64,000 bases of DNA from an uncultured Gemmatimonadales bacterium (GCA_963851265.1 CAWKNZ010000012.1:1-64000); one strand, 5' to 3'. Shown: positions 52,164 through 63,208, counted from the first letter of the stretch. Made by a program: numbers and translations. The notes: generated by a model from the sequence alone, not told the origin.

Positions 52164-52832
52164 TCACGTCCCCTTCAGCGCGCGCAGCCGTGCGTCCAGG
52201 TGGGCGCGGTCGGCCACCGCGTCGGCCATCGGTCCGTGCCGCCCGAACTCGATCACGCTCACCGACGCCGTCGGGCACGCGAACCGAAAGCGGAACCGGC
52301 CCACGTCCACGCCCAACAGCCCGCAGAGCGCGACGCGGATGGCCGCCTTGTGCGACACGACGAGCACGTCGCCTTCGGCGTCGTGACTGCCGTCCTCGCT
52401 GCCGCCCTGTTCCGCGACGATCGTCTCGACGGCGCCGAGCACGCGGCGCGCGAGGGCGACCGCGGTCTCGCCGCCCGTCGGCGCGTTCCAGGCCGGGTCG
52501 GCCGTCCAGCGCACGTAGTCGTCGTGGAACGCGTGGTCGACGTCGTCGGCGGTGCGCCCGTCCCACTTGCCGTAATCGATCTCGGCCAGGCCGTCGAGCG
52601 GGCGGACGGTGAGCCCGGCCAGCTCGGCGGTGGGGCGCGCGGTGGCGAGCGCGCGGCGCAGCGGGCTCGCGTAGATGGCGCGCCAGCGCATGTCGCGGTA
52701 GAACTCGGCGAACGCCTGCGCCATCGCGAGGCCGTCGGGCGTGAGGTCGATGTCGAGGCCTCGGCCGCAGAACACGTTGTCCCGGCTGCCGGAGGTCTGG
52801 CCGTGGCGCAGAAAGTGGAGGCGTAAGGGCAT
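52164..52832 (-). CDS. Histidine phosphatase (phosphoglycerate mutase family)
   Basis: LRHG at the N-terminus, SPLRRA, EIDYGKWDG, GGET, VVSH. Confidence 0.92.
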   Translation of the reverse strand: MPLRLHFLRHGQTSGSRDNVFCGRGLDIDLTPDGLAMAQAFAEFYRDMRWRAIYASPLRRALATARPTAELAGLTVRPLDGLAEIDYGKWDGRTADDVDHAFHDDYVRWTADPAWNAPTGGETAVALARRVLGAVETIVAEQGGSEDGSHDAEGDVLVVSHKAAIRVALCGLLGVDVGRFRFRFACPTASVSVIEFGRHGPMADAVADRAHLDARLRALKGT

Positions 52833-53580
52833 GCCGCAAAGAAGCGAGGTTCTCGTCGTCCAGCAGGTCGCAAACGAGCCGCCGGGCACCCTCCTCCGCG
52901 CCCTCGCGGCGTCGGGGCTGGCCGCGCGCGTGCTGCACCCGTACGCGGGCGAGCCCGTTCCGGCCGACGCGTCCGGGTTGGGCGGGCTGGTCCTGCTCGG
53001 CGGCCCGCAGGCGGTGTACGAGCAGGACGCGCACCCGTTCCTCGCCGACGAGCTGCGCCTCGTGGACCGCGCCCTCGCGCGCGGCACGCCCGTGCTCGGC
53101 ATCTGCCTCGGCGCGCAGCTGCTCGCGCACGCGTTAGGCGCCGCGGTGCGGCCGGGGGGCGCGGTCGAGATGGGGTGGCTGCCCGTGACGCTCACCGCGG
53201 CCGGACGCGCGGATCCGGTGTTGGGCCCGCTCGCGGCCGACGGCGGTCCGTCGGGCGGCGAGCCGTTCGTCCCCTTTCATCAGCACGGCGACGTGTTCGA
53301 CCTGCCCGCGGGCGCGACGCTGCTGGCGCACTCCGAGCGTACGGCGCACCAGGCGTTCCTCGCGCGCGGCGCGGGCGGGGCCGCGGCGTACGGCGTGCTG
53401 TTCCATCCGGAGGTGGACGGCCCGCTGGTCGAGACCATGCTGGCCGAGTTCGGCGCGGCGGCGGCGGCGGCGGGGTGGGACGTGGACGCGATGCGGCGTG
53501 ACGCGCCGGCCCGGCTGGCCGCGCTCGCGCCGCGCGCGGCCGGCCTGTTCGCGCGATGGGCCGCGCTCGGCACACGTTAG
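52831..53580 (+). CDS. Class I glutamine amidotransferase-like protein
   Basis: LLGGP..VY, LGICLGAQL, HGDVFDLP, FHPE (Cys-His-Glu triad). Confidence 0.9.
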   Translation: MPQRSEVLVVQQVANEPPGTLLRALAASGLAARVLHPYAGEPVPADASGLGGLVLLGGPQAVYEQDAHPFLADELRLVDRALARGTPVLGICLGAQLLAHALGAAVRPGGAVEMGWLPVTLTAAGRADPVLGPLAADGGPSGGEPFVPFHQHGDVFDLPAGATLLAHSERTAHQAFLARGAGGAAAYGVLFHPEVDGPLVETMLAEFGAAAAAAGWDVDAMRRDAPARLAALAPRAAGLFARWAALGTR

Positions 53581-53731
53581 GCGTCGGCCCATGTCGAGCC
53601 CGCCGCCGCGGGCGCGCGTCGCCCAACCGCCACGAAATCGTCGCGCCGCGCGGCCGGCCGAGGCACCGATTCTGCCGTCCCCGCCGGCGCGCGGGCGAGG
53701 GCGCCCGCATCACACCGGGAGGAACGGGACC

Positions 53732-54220
53732 ATGGCGATCAACGGACTTCAGGAACTCTTCGTGCAGGGCATGCAGGCGGTGTACGACGCGGAGCAGCAG
53801 GGCATCAACGCCGCGCCCGCCATCGCCGACCGGGCGACGCACCCCGAGCTCAAGCAGAAGCTGCAGGAGCGCACCGACAAGGGGCGCCAGCAGGTGCAGC
53901 GGCTGGAGCAGGCCATCCAGCAGGCCGGCGGCACGCCGCGGGGCGAGCCTAACGAGATCGCGAAGGGCATCCTCGCGGTCGGCAACAAGATCATGAACGA
54001 GACGCAGGACCCCGACGCGCGCGACGCGGGCATCATCGCCGCGGCGCAGATCGCCCTGCACTACCACATGGCGGCGTACGGCACGCTGCGGTCGTACGCG
54101 GACGCGCTCGGCAACCAGCAGGCCTCACAGCTCCTGCAGCAGACGCTCGACGAGCGGAAGCGGCAGGACCAGGACATGTCGCGCCTGGCCGAGCAGGTGA
54201 TCAACCCCAAGGCCGCGTAA
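53732..54220 (+). CDS. Ferritin-like YciE/YciF (DUF892) protein
   Basis: LQELF...VYDAEQQ, RDAGIIAAAQ..HY.MAAYGTL, LLQQTLDE; GGAGG RBS. Confidence 0.85.
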   Translation: MAINGLQELFVQGMQAVYDAEQQGINAAPAIADRATHPELKQKLQERTDKGRQQVQRLEQAIQQAGGTPRGEPNEIAKGILAVGNKIMNETQDPDARDAGIIAAAQIALHYHMAAYGTLRSYADALGNQQASQLLQQTLDERKRQDQDMSRLAEQVINPKAA

Positions 54221-54257
54221 GGCGGGCCGCCCGGGGCCGTGCGGCGGCGCGGGGTCG

Positions 54258-55373
54258 TCAGTAGGCGACGTCGCGCCGCTCGGCCGCGCACCGGCTGCAC
54301 AGCGTGGCGCTGTGCAGCCACTCCGGCGGGTTCCGCTCGCCGCACTCCGCGCACGTGCGGAAGCGCGCGACGCGCTCCGCACGCGCGGCGAGCACGGCCT
54401 CGATGAACGGCGCCTCGCCGCCGAAGCGCGTCACCGCCTCGCGCGGGAAGCTCGCGCGGCGCTCGCCGGTGAGCACCGGGGTGTGCCCACGCCACTCGAC
54501 CACGGGCACCTCGACGTGCACCGCGTGCGGGTCGGCGCGCACCAGCACCTCGACCGGGTCGCCGTACGAGAGGAGCGTCGACGCGGTCGCCTCGATGGCG
54601 CCGCCGAGAATGGCACCGAGCAGGTCGCGCAGGGTCTCGTCCGGCGACGGCGGGTCGGCGGGCGGGGTCGCGCCCTGGGCCCAGCCGAAATGCAGCCGGC
54701 GCCCGTCCGCGCGCTCGATGGTGGCGAGCGCGCCCACACGCGCCGTGGCGCCGAAGAGTCGCACGAACGCCGCGTAGTCGGCGAATTCCGCGGGCGCAGG
54801 CGGCGGCGCGGCGTCGTCCGCCTCGCCGGGGGCCGGCTCGAACGCGTGCACCAGGACGACGGCGTGCCGCGCCGCGAACGCGTCGGCGTCGAGCAGCGCG
54901 GCGGCCGTGCGCTGGAGCAGCGCGTACCGCACCTCGTCCGGCACCGCGCGCAGCCCGAGCACCGCGAGCACGCGGGCGAGCCGCGCCTGCTCGACCGGCG
55001 ACGCGTCCGCCCGCCACTCGCCGACCGTGAGGCCGAACGCCTCGCCCGCCCTGCCCTCGACCGCGATCACGGCGAGGCCGTCGGCCGTGCGGGCGAGAAC
55101 GAGCGCGTCGGTGCGCGACCCCACCACCGCGTCGGGCAGAGGCGAGGCGTGCTCGGGGATGACCAGCAGCGCCTCCGCGCTCGCCAGCGCGGGATCCCCG
55201 GCGAATACCGCGCGCACCTCGGACGGCAGCCCGTCCGGGGCGGCGTCGGCCGCGCGCTGCCACGCGTGGGCGAGCGCGTGCGCCGACCCGCCCTCGCCCC
55301 ACCGCCCCTCGGGCTCGGCGAGCAACGGGCGCCAGTCAGTGGCGGTGCGGGCGGGCAGCGAAACGCGGGGCAT
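54258..55373 (-). CDS. Putative PD-(D/E)XK-fold protein (DUF6946-like) with C-terminal zinc finger
   Basis: DWRPLLA..W..GGSA..LA.AW, PEH..LP....SRTD..IAVEGR..EAFG, RYALLQRTAAA; CAEC..CSRC tail. Confidence 0.6.
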   Translation of the reverse strand: MPRVSLPARTATDWRPLLAEPEGRWGEGGSAHALAHAWQRAADAAPDGLPSEVRAVFAGDPALASAEALLVIPEHASPLPDAVVGSRTDALVLARTADGLAVIAVEGRAGEAFGLTVGEWRADASPVEQARLARVLAVLGLRAVPDEVRYALLQRTAAALLDADAFAARHAVVLVHAFEPAPGEADDAAPPPAPAEFADYAAFVRLFGATARVGALATIERADGRRLHFGWAQGATPPADPPSPDETLRDLLGAILGGAIEATASTLLSYGDPVEVLVRADPHAVHVEVPVVEWRGHTPVLTGERRASFPREAVTRFGGEAPFIEAVLAARAERVARFRTCAECGERNPPEWLHSATLCSRCAAERRDVAY

Positions 55374-55485
55374 CGGCAAAGGGAAGTCTGGCGGTCGCGC
55401 AAGTTACGGCGGATTGCCGCACGACCTGAATCGTACTGCCTCGGGCTCGAGCGCCGCGGCCTTGAGTCTGCATTCGCGTCCTTGC

Positions 55486-57486
55486 ATGGCGAACGAACCA
55501 CCCACCGACTCCGTCCCGCACCCGGAGCCCGACTCGCCCGAGGCGCGGGAACGTGCGGCCGCATTCCGACGTGGCGCAGCGCGCGAGCACGAGCGGTCCG
55601 GGGGTGCCCCGGCGCCGGGCCACGCGCCGGAGCCGGCCCGCGACGCCGTGGCCGGGCGCGCGCGCGGGGCCGTCGCCGCGCGCGCGTTCGCCGCGCTCGC
55701 CGACAACGTGCGCGACTACGCGATCTTCCTCCTCGACCCCGCGGGCGTGATCACCTTCTGGGGTGAGGGCGCGCGGTACATCAAGTGGTGGACCAAGGAC
55801 CAGGCCGAGGGCGCGCACCTCCGCCTGCTCTACCCGTCGGGCGGGGCGGAGGACGGGTCGGCGGAGGCGCACCTGCAGACGGCCGCGGAGCGCGGCGAGT
55901 ACACCGGCGAGGGCCACCGCGTTCGCAGCGACGGGTCGACGTTCTGGGCGGGGGTCACGCTGACCGCGCTCTGGGACGAGGACGGCACCCTGCTCGGCTT
56001 CGCGAAGGTGACGCGCGACCTCACCGCTCGGCGCGCCGCCGACAACCTCCTGCAAGCCGCGGCCGAAGCGTCCGAGACGGCGCGGAACGAGGCGGTGGCG
56101 GCGAGCAATGCCAAGAGCGGGTTCCTGGCGACGATGAGCCACGAGATCCGCACGCCCGTCAACGCGATCCTCGGCTACCACGAGTTGCTCGATCTCGAGA
56201 TCGACGGGCCGCTCACGCCCGGACAGCGCCGCTCCCTCGCGCGCGCGGGCGCGAGCGCGCGACACCTCCTCGCGCTCATCTCGGAGGTGCTCGACTTCTC
56301 GCGCATCGAGGCCGAGCAGGTATCGGTCGAGCGGACGGCGTTTCGCATCGGCGACGCCGTCGGCGGCGCGCTCTCGCTCGTCACGCCCCAGGCGCGCGAG
56401 CGTGGACTCGAGCTCAACAATGAGGTGGGCGGGTACGCGGCCGGACTCTCGGCCTGGGGCGACGAGGCGCGCGTCCGCCAGATCCTCGTCAACCTGCTGA
56501 GCAACGCGATCGCGTTCACCACGGCCCGGTCGGACGAGCCCGGCCGCATCGCGGTGAGCGCGGGCACGGCGACGCAGGCGTCGCCCGACGCCGAACTCGA
56601 TGGTGACGGGCCGTGGGTGTACGTGCGCGTGGAGGACAACGGCGCGGGCATTCCGGCCGACCGGCTGCGCCCGATTTTCGAGGCGTTCGTGCAGGCGGAC
56701 ATGACGCTCACGCGCCGGCACGGCGGCACCGGCCTGGGCCTCGCGATCTGCCGCCGCCTCGCGCGCCTCATGGGCGGCGACGTGACGGTGCGGAGCGAGG
56801 TCGGGGTCGGCTCGACGTTCATCCTCTGGATCCCGGCGGCTCCGGTCGAGTCGCTCGGCACGGGCGGGCTGGCCGGGCACGGGCCCGGGGGGGAGCTCGG
56901 CGCCGCCGGCGACGCGAGCCCGCCCGCGGCCCCACGATCCGAAGCCGCGACGCGCCCGCTGCGCGCCACCGCCGACGCGGTGCTCGCGGAGCTCGAGCGC
57001 GTGCTGCACGCCTACGTCGCGCGCCTGCGGAGCGATCCCGCCACGCCGAGCGCGCACGCCAGGCCCGAGTCGGAGATCGAGGACCACCTCGCGAGCTTCC
57101 TCGCCGACATGGCGGGCATGCTCTATCAGCTCGACCTGACGCTCACCGACCCCCAGAGCGAGGCCGCCGCGGAGGTGCAGGACGGGACGGCGATCCAGCG
57201 CGTCGTGGCCGAACGCCACGGGGCGCAGCGGGCGCGCCTCGGGTGGGCGGAGGACGAGATCCGACGCGAGTTCGTGATCCTGAACGAGGAACTCGCCGCG
57301 GCGGTGCGGCGCGGCGTGGTGGACCGTCTCGCCGGCCCCACACGCGAAGCGCGCGAGCGCGAGGCCGAACGGTGCCTCGTGCTACTCGCGCGCTTCACGG
57401 CGGTCTCCGAACGGTTGAGCGTGGCGGCGTACCGGGCCGCGAGCGCCGGTGGGATGGCGGAGCGCTCCGCCGGAAGCACCGTCTGA
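55486..57486 (+). CDS. PAS sensor histidine kinase with C-terminal helical (RsbRD-N-like) extension
   Basis: DYAIFLLDP.G, RVRSDGSTFWA..GFAKVTRDLT, MSHEIRTP, GGTGLGL; tail AERHGAQRARLGW..EIRREF. Confidence 0.9.
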   Translation: MANEPPTDSVPHPEPDSPEARERAAAFRRGAAREHERSGGAPAPGHAPEPARDAVAGRARGAVAARAFAALADNVRDYAIFLLDPAGVITFWGEGARYIKWWTKDQAEGAHLRLLYPSGGAEDGSAEAHLQTAAERGEYTGEGHRVRSDGSTFWAGVTLTALWDEDGTLLGFAKVTRDLTARRAADNLLQAAAEASETARNEAVAASNAKSGFLATMSHEIRTPVNAILGYHELLDLEIDGPLTPGQRRSLARAGASARHLLALISEVLDFSRIEAEQVSVERTAFRIGDAVGGALSLVTPQARERGLELNNEVGGYAAGLSAWGDEARVRQILVNLLSNAIAFTTARSDEPGRIAVSAGTATQASPDAELDGDGPWVYVRVEDNGAGIPADRLRPIFEAFVQADMTLTRRHGGTGLGLAICRRLARLMGGDVTVRSEVGVGSTFILWIPAAPVESLGTGGLAGHGPGGELGAAGDASPPAAPRSEAATRPLRATADAVLAELERVLHAYVARLRSDPATPSAHARPESEIEDHLASFLADMAGMLYQLDLTLTDPQSEAAAEVQDGTAIQRVVAERHGAQRARLGWAEDEIRREFVILNEELAAAVRRGVVDRLAGPTREAREREAERCLVLLARFTAVSERLSVAAYRAASAGGMAERSAGSTV

Positions 57487-57516
57487 CCCGCGGGACGGCC
57501 TGGCCCGCGGGACCGC

Positions 57517-59778
57517 CTAACTCGCGAGCGCGCGTGCCCGCCGACGTCCGGCGGCAGCGCGCACGACCTCTGCCCGCTCCGCCGGGGCCGACACCGTGCC
57601 CGCGATCGAGCCCGACAGGTGGAACCGCTCGACCATGGCGCTGAGTGCCGCCGACTGCCGGACGAGCACGCCGGCCGCGTTCGCGGCGTCGTCGGCGCCC
57701 GCCGCCGTGCGCTCGGTGACGCGGTGCACCTGGGCGACCTCGGTGCTGATGTGGGCGACGTCGTCGGCCTGGGCGCTGCTCGCGGCCGTGATCTCCCCGA
57801 CGCGACCGGCCATCTGGTCCACGTCGGCGTTGATCTCGCGCAGGCTGCCGACCACCTCCGCGTTCAGCGCCACGCTCCGGACCGCGGTCTCGGTCCCCTG
57901 GGCGATCAGCGTCGCGACCTGCCGGGCCGCTTCGGCCGATCGCTGAGCGAGGGCGCGCACCTCTCCGGCGACGACCGCGAAGCCACGCCCCGCGTCGCCC
58001 GCGCGCGCGGCCTCGACCGCCGCGTTCAGCGCCAGGAGGTTGGTCTGCAGCGCGATCTCGTCGATCGTGCGGACGATCTGCGCCGTCGCTTCGCTCGAGC
58101 GGCGCATCTCGGCCATCGACTCGGAGAGGCGCTCCATACGGACCACGCCCCCCGCGGCCCGCTCCCGTGCCTGCTCCGCGAGGTTGCGCGCGTCGCCCGC
58201 GCTCGCCGCGCTGCTGCGCGCGGCGGCGGTCACGCGCTCGATACGCCCGGCGACCGTCTGGAGACTCGACGCCTGCGCGCTCGAGCCCTGGGCGAGGGTG
58301 CGGCTGCCCGCCGTGATCTGCTCGCCCGCCGTCGCGACCTCGCCCGCCGCCGCGCGCACCTGGGCGAGTGCGCCGTCGAGCGTCCCGACCGCCCCGTTGA
58401 GCGCGGTCTGGATGGAGCCGTACGCGCCGTGGTACTCACCCGTCATGCGGGCCGAGAGGTCGCGGTCGGCGACGCGCTCGAGCACCGCGCGCGTGGCCTG
58501 CACCGGCGACTCGACCGCGCTGAGGGCGCGGTTCATCCCGGCCACGAGCTCTGCGAACGCGCCCTCGTAGCGCGTCGCGTCGGCGCGCTCGCTCAGGCGC
58601 CCGGCTTCCGCGGCGGTCGCCAGCGACGACACGTCGCTGGCGAGTCGCTGCAGCGTCGCGCCGAGCGACGCGAACCCTGCGCCGAGCCGGTCGTTGGCGC
58701 TGCGCGCCACGCACGCGACCGAGGTGTCTCCGGCGGCGAGACGCGTGGCCACGTCGGCGAACGCCCGCTCGGCCGCGGTGACGGCCGCGAAGGCCGCGGA
58801 CACCTGCCCGACCTCGTCGTCGCGCTCGAGGGTCGGCACGCTCGCGTCGAGGTCGCCGACGGCGACGCGCCTGGCGACCGTGCTCAGCGCGGTCAGCGGG
58901 CCGAGCGCCCGGCGGGTGAAGCCCCACAGGAGCGCACAGCCGAGGACCGCGCAGAGCGCGGCGGCCGCGACGACGACGTTGGCCGCGTGACCGGCCGCAT
59001 TCCGCGCGCTGGCTGCATACGGCGCGAACGGAAAGCCCGCGTAGATGATGCCGATCACGGCGCCGGAGGCGTCGGTGATGGGCAGATACTGCGTGAACTC
59101 GTCGACACCCGCGACCGTGGCCCGGCCGTGGTACGCGCGGCCCGACGCGAAGGCCGCGCCGGCACCGGCCGGGCGGTGCGTCGCCGTGTCCTGCGCCGGC
59201 ATCACCGTGAACACCGCACGCGTGGGGCGCCCGTGCGCGTCGGGGCGCGTGACCGTCGTCGCGAGGCGGAGCGCGCGCCCCATGGGCGCGGACCCGACCG
59301 TCGGGTCGGCGGACGGCGTCGCCGACGCACGCGGCGGCAGGCGGACGGCGACCGTGAACTCCGCGCCGGTGATCTCGGTGGCGCGGTCGAGCGCGTGCTG
59401 CACCACCGCGCGGCCGATCACGGGCGTGGTGCCCTTCGCGAGCAGGGCCGACACCGACTCGGTGGTCCGGTACGGGTCCTTGCGGCCGTTGCCGTTGTAG
59501 AAGGCGAGCGCCGTGTCCCCGCCGGCGGGGCGCACGAGCGTCCAGGCGCCCGGCGCCGCGTCGTCGAGCAGCGCGCGCGCGGTACTGAGCGCGAACGAGA
59601 GGCGGTCGTCCGCCTGGGTGAGCTGTGCGCGGAGCGTCGCGTCGGCGATCTGCGAACGGGCGAAGAAGCCGACGACGGCGATGGTGAGGACGAGCGTCGC
59701 GGCGCTGATGCCGGCGATCCGTGTGCTGAGGCGGATGCGGAGCAATTGCCGCCGCAGCGCGGCAATGGTAGGAGGCAC
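57517..59778 (-). CDS. Methyl-accepting chemotaxis protein (Cache sensor, HAMP domains)
   Basis: [43 protein letters not shown]; two TMs; [13 protein letters not shown]ache motif; start uncertain. Confidence 0.92.
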   Translation of the reverse strand: MPPTIAALRRQLLRIRLSTRIAGISAATLVLTIAVVGFFARSQIADATLRAQLTQADDRLSFALSTARALLDDAAPGAWTLVRPAGGDTALAFYNGNGRKDPYRTTESVSALLAKGTTPVIGRAVVQHALDRATEITGAEFTVAVRLPPRASATPSADPTVGSAPMGRALRLATTVTRPDAHGRPTRAVFTVMPAQDTATHRPAGAGAAFASGRAYHGRATVAGVDEFTQYLPITDASGAVIGIIYAGFPFAPYAASARNAAGHAANVVVAAAALCAVLGCALLWGFTRRALGPLTALSTVARRVAVGDLDASVPTLERDDEVGQVSAAFAAVTAAERAFADVATRLAAGDTSVACVARSANDRLGAGFASLGATLQRLASDVSSLATAAEAGRLSERADATRYEGAFAELVAGMNRALSAVESPVQATRAVLERVADRDLSARMTGEYHGAYGSIQTALNGAVGTLDGALAQVRAAAGEVATAGEQITAGSRTLAQGSSAQASSLQTVAGRIERVTAAARSSAASAGDARNLAEQARERAAGGVVRMERLSESMAEMRRSSEATAQIVRTIDEIALQTNLLALNAAVEAARAGDAGRGFAVVAGEVRALAQRSAEAARQVATLIAQGTETAVRSVALNAEVVGSLREINADVDQMAGRVGEITAASSAQADDVAHISTEVAQVHRVTERTAAGADDAANAAGVLVRQSAALSAMVERFHLSGSIAGTVSAPAERAEVVRAAAGRRRARALAS

Positions 59779-60037
59779 TCGGCGGGGGGTGGCAGGGGAG
59801 GTATCGCACCGAGACGATCGTGATCGCCGGAAGTCCCGTCTGCGCCACTCGGTTGGACGTAGGGAAGGGCGGATTTCGCTGCCCAGGGCGATCCGGTTGG
59901 CGCGACGACGTGGGGGCCCGGCCCGGCCGCACGCGCGCGGGGCTGGACGCCGCGCCGGGCACGGGACGCATATTCGTTCGGGCCGTCGCGGCGCCGTCCC
60001 GTGCGACCGTCCGGCCCGGTTCCCCTCCCCGCACCGC

Positions 60038-61270
60038 ATGCTCATGCCCCGTCGCCGTCCCGCCCTCGTCGCCCTGCTCGGCGCCGTCCTTGCCGCACCC
60101 GCCGCGTCCGCTCGTGCGCAGACCCCGGCCGGGCCAGCCGCTGTGCCTGCCGCCGACGACCCCATCAAGGGCCTCGTCGGCCGCCTCGACCTGGAGCGGT
60201 ACAAGGCGACGATCAAGGGCCTCACGCAGTTCGGCGACCGGCGCCAGGGCACCGACCGCAATCGCGCCGCCGTGGACTGGATCGAGGCCCAGCTCAAGAG
60301 CTACGGCTGCACCAACACCGAGCGGATCACGTACGACTACCAGCCGCCCCCGCCGCGGCCCGGGTCGGAGAACGCGTACCGTGCGCGTGTCGCGACGTCG
60401 GCGCCGGGCGGCGCGCGTCTCCGGGGCAGCCAGCTGCCGATCGGCGTGAACAGCGACTCGCTCGCGCAGCCCGACGCGCGGCTCCGCGCGCTGAACGCGC
60501 AGGCGAGCGCGCCGGGGCGGCGGCAGGAGGTGTACTGCACCAAGGTGGGGAGCACGCACCCGGGCGAGATGTACATCGTGGGCGCGCACATGGACGGCAT
60601 CGGCTGGGGCGAGGCCGCAAACGACGACGGGTCGGGCACCGCGCTCGTGATGGAGCTCGCGCGCGTGTTGTCCGCGCCCGACGTGCAGACGGACCGCTCG
60701 ATCCGCTTCGTCCTGTGGAACAACGAGGAGACGGGGCTCAACGGCGCGCGCGCGTACGTGGAGCAGCGGCAGGCGTTGCAGGGCAAGGAGTCGCCCGCCG
60801 GGTCTGGGCGGTACCCCGAGCCGCGGTGGTTAGGCATGATCCAGCACGACATGATGCTCTTCGACCACGGCATGCCCCGCCCCGACGGGACGATGAGCCG
60901 CGAGCAGCGCCCGGAAGCCGACGTGAACGTCGAGTTCCAGAGCGCCTCGAAGATGGCCGCCGGGGCGCAGCAGCTGGCGTGGGCGCTCGCGAACGCGAAC
61001 GAGGCGTACGCGACCGACTACCCGGCGACGGTGGGGCAGCACATGACCAACACGGACTCCGGGCCGTTCCAGGACCTCGTCCCGGCGGTCAGCCTGCGCG
61101 AGAACGAGCGCGGGTCGCAGATCGGCGCCGGGTGGGATCCGCAGTGGCACCAGCCGACGGACCTGTACGCGACCTACAACGACAGGGACTTCCGGCTGGG
61201 CCTCAACGCGGCGCAGACGACGTTAGGCGGGGTGGCGCGGCTGGCCGGGGCGACGATGCGGGGCCGGTGA
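60038..61270 (+). CDS. Secreted M28-family peptidase
   Basis: VGAHMD, ANDDGSG, NNEETG, HDM, WHQPTD; signal peptide. Confidence 0.88.
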   Translation: MLMPRRRPALVALLGAVLAAPAASARAQTPAGPAAVPAADDPIKGLVGRLDLERYKATIKGLTQFGDRRQGTDRNRAAVDWIEAQLKSYGCTNTERITYDYQPPPPRPGSENAYRARVATSAPGGARLRGSQLPIGVNSDSLAQPDARLRALNAQASAPGRRQEVYCTKVGSTHPGEMYIVGAHMDGIGWGEAANDDGSGTALVMELARVLSAPDVQTDRSIRFVLWNNEETGLNGARAYVEQRQALQGKESPAGSGRYPEPRWLGMIQHDMMLFDHGMPRPDGTMSREQRPEADVNVEFQSASKMAAGAQQLAWALANANEAYATDYPATVGQHMTNTDSGPFQDLVPAVSLRENERGSQIGAGWDPQWHQPTDLYATYNDRDFRLGLNAAQTTLGGVARLAGATMRGR

Positions 61271-61272
61271 GC

Positions 61273-63141
61273 ATGAACACCCGCCGCCAGTTTCTCGTCC
61301 GCGCGCCGCTCGGCGTCGCCGGCGCGCTCGCCGCCTGCCGCCACGCGCCCGCGTCCGAGTCCCAGCCGCCCGTACCCGGCCCGGGCGGTACCCCGACCGG
61401 AGCCCCCGCCGCCGCGCCCGCCGCCGCGCCCGCCGGGGCGCCGGCAGGCGCGCCGCCCGCGTTCAACACCGCGCCCCCGGTCGGGCCCGAGGTGTCGACG
61501 GCCACGTTCGCGGAGGCGGAGAAGCTGATGCAGGTGCAGCTCACCCCCGCGCAGCGGCGCATGGCCGCCGACAGCTGGCGCACGTCGATGGCGCCTCTGG
61601 TGGAGCGGCGCACCGGCCCCAAGAAGCTCGCGCTCCCCGACGGGCTCGCGCCCGCGACCCGCTGGACGCCCGGCGTCGGCGGGGAGCCGATGGGGGCGGC
61701 GCGCGACCGCTTCGTGCGCACCCCGGCCGACTCCGCTCCGCTCCCGACGAGCGATGCCGACATCGCCTACGCGCCGGTGACGCGCCTCTCGCGCTGGATC
61801 GAGTCGCGCCAGCTCACCTCCGAGCGCCTCACGCGCATCTACCTCGAGCGCATCCGGCGCTACGACCCGAAGCTGCGCTGCGTCATCACCCTGGTCGCCG
61901 ACGCGGCGATGGTCGAGGCGCGGCGTGCGGACGCCGAGATCGCCGCCGGGCGCTACCGCGGGCCGCTGCATGGTGTGCCGTACGGCGTGAAGGACCTGCT
62001 CGACACCGCGGGCGTTCGCACGACTTGGGGTGCGGAGCCGTTCCGCGACCGGGTGCCGAACGCGGACGCGGCCGTCGTGGCGCGGCTGCGCGCCGCGGGG
62101 GCGGTGCTCGTCGCCAAGCTCAGCCTCGGCGCGCTCGCACTCAACGACATCTGGTTCGGCGGGCAGACGATGAACCCGTGGCTCCTGGAGGAAGGCGCGT
62201 CGGGGTCGAGCGCGGGGCCCGGCGCGGCGACCGCGGCTGCGCTCGTCGGGTTCTCGGTGGGGAGCGAGACGGGCGGCAGCATCATCAGCCCGAGCATGCG
62301 TTGTGGCGTGACGGGACTCCGCCCGACGTACGGCCGCGTCGCGCGCACGGGCGCGATGACGCTCGCCTGGTCGCTCGACAAGCTCGGGCCGATGACGCGG
62401 AGCGTGGAGGACGCGATGCTGGTGCTGCAGGCGATCACCGGCCCCGACGCGGGCGACGTGGCGAGCGTGCCGAGCCGGCTCGACTACGACGCGACCGCGG
62501 GAGTGCGGGGGCTGCGCGTGGGGTACGTGCCGGCGTGGATGCGGGAGGCGCCCGCCACCGACGTCGACCGCGCCGCGCTCGACGCGGTGCGCGCGTTAGG
62601 CATGACCGCGGTCCCGGTCACCTTCCCCGACTGGCCCTACGACTCGCTCAACCTGGTGCTCTTCGCGGAGGCCGCGGCGGCGTTCGAGGAGTTGACGCTG
62701 AGCGGGCGCGCGGACCAGCTGCGCGCGCAGGTGCCCGACGCGTGGCCCAACCTGTTCCGCGAGGCGCGCTTCCTCTCGGCCGTGGACTTCGTGCAGACCG
62801 ACCGCCTGCGGCGTCGCGTCGCGGAGGAGATGGGGCGCGTCATGTCGCAGGTCGACCTGCTGCTCGTGCCTTCGCTGCGCGACGAGATGCTCGTGATCTC
62901 GAACAACACCGGGCACCCGTCGCTCACGCTCCGCACGGGGTTCGTGCGCGTGGCCGAGGCGCGCAGCGACTGGGCGCCCGACCCGGCCCACCCGCTGCCC
63001 AGGTTCGACCCGCCGCGGCGCGTGCCGCACGGCGTGACGCTCATCGGGCGGCTGTTCGACGAGGGGACGATCGCGCGCGCGGGGCTGGCGCTCGAGCGCG
63101 CGTCGGGGGTGGTCGCCGAACGGCCCCCGCAGTTCGCCTGA
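61273..63141 (+). CDS. Amidase-signature enzyme with Tat/lipoprotein signal
   Basis: TRRQFL..LAAC; GPLHGVPYGVKD, SGSSAG, GSETGGSI..P...CGVTGLRPT. Confidence 0.92.
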   Translation: MNTRRQFLVRAPLGVAGALAACRHAPASESQPPVPGPGGTPTGAPAAAPAAAPAGAPAGAPPAFNTAPPVGPEVSTATFAEAEKLMQVQLTPAQRRMAADSWRTSMAPLVERRTGPKKLALPDGLAPATRWTPGVGGEPMGAARDRFVRTPADSAPLPTSDADIAYAPVTRLSRWIESRQLTSERLTRIYLERIRRYDPKLRCVITLVADAAMVEARRADAEIAAGRYRGPLHGVPYGVKDLLDTAGVRTTWGAEPFRDRVPNADAAVVARLRAAGAVLVAKLSLGALALNDIWFGGQTMNPWLLEEGASGSSAGPGAATAAALVGFSVGSETGGSIISPSMRCGVTGLRPTYGRVARTGAMTLAWSLDKLGPMTRSVEDAMLVLQAITGPDAGDVASVPSRLDYDATAGVRGLRVGYVPAWMREAPATDVDRAALDAVRALGMTAVPVTFPDWPYDSLNLVLFAEAAAAFEELTLSGRADQLRAQVPDAWPNLFREARFLSAVDFVQTDRLRRRVAEEMGRVMSQVDLLLVPSLRDEMLVISNNTGHPSLTLRTGFVRVAEARSDWAPDPAHPLPRFDPPRRVPHGVTLIGRLFDEGTIARAGLALERASGVVAERPPQFA

Positions 63142-63208
63142 CAGGCGGGGCGGGGGTGACCGGCGCGCGCCTCACGGCCGTGCGCTTCGTCGCGCACGCG
63201 GCGGCGAT

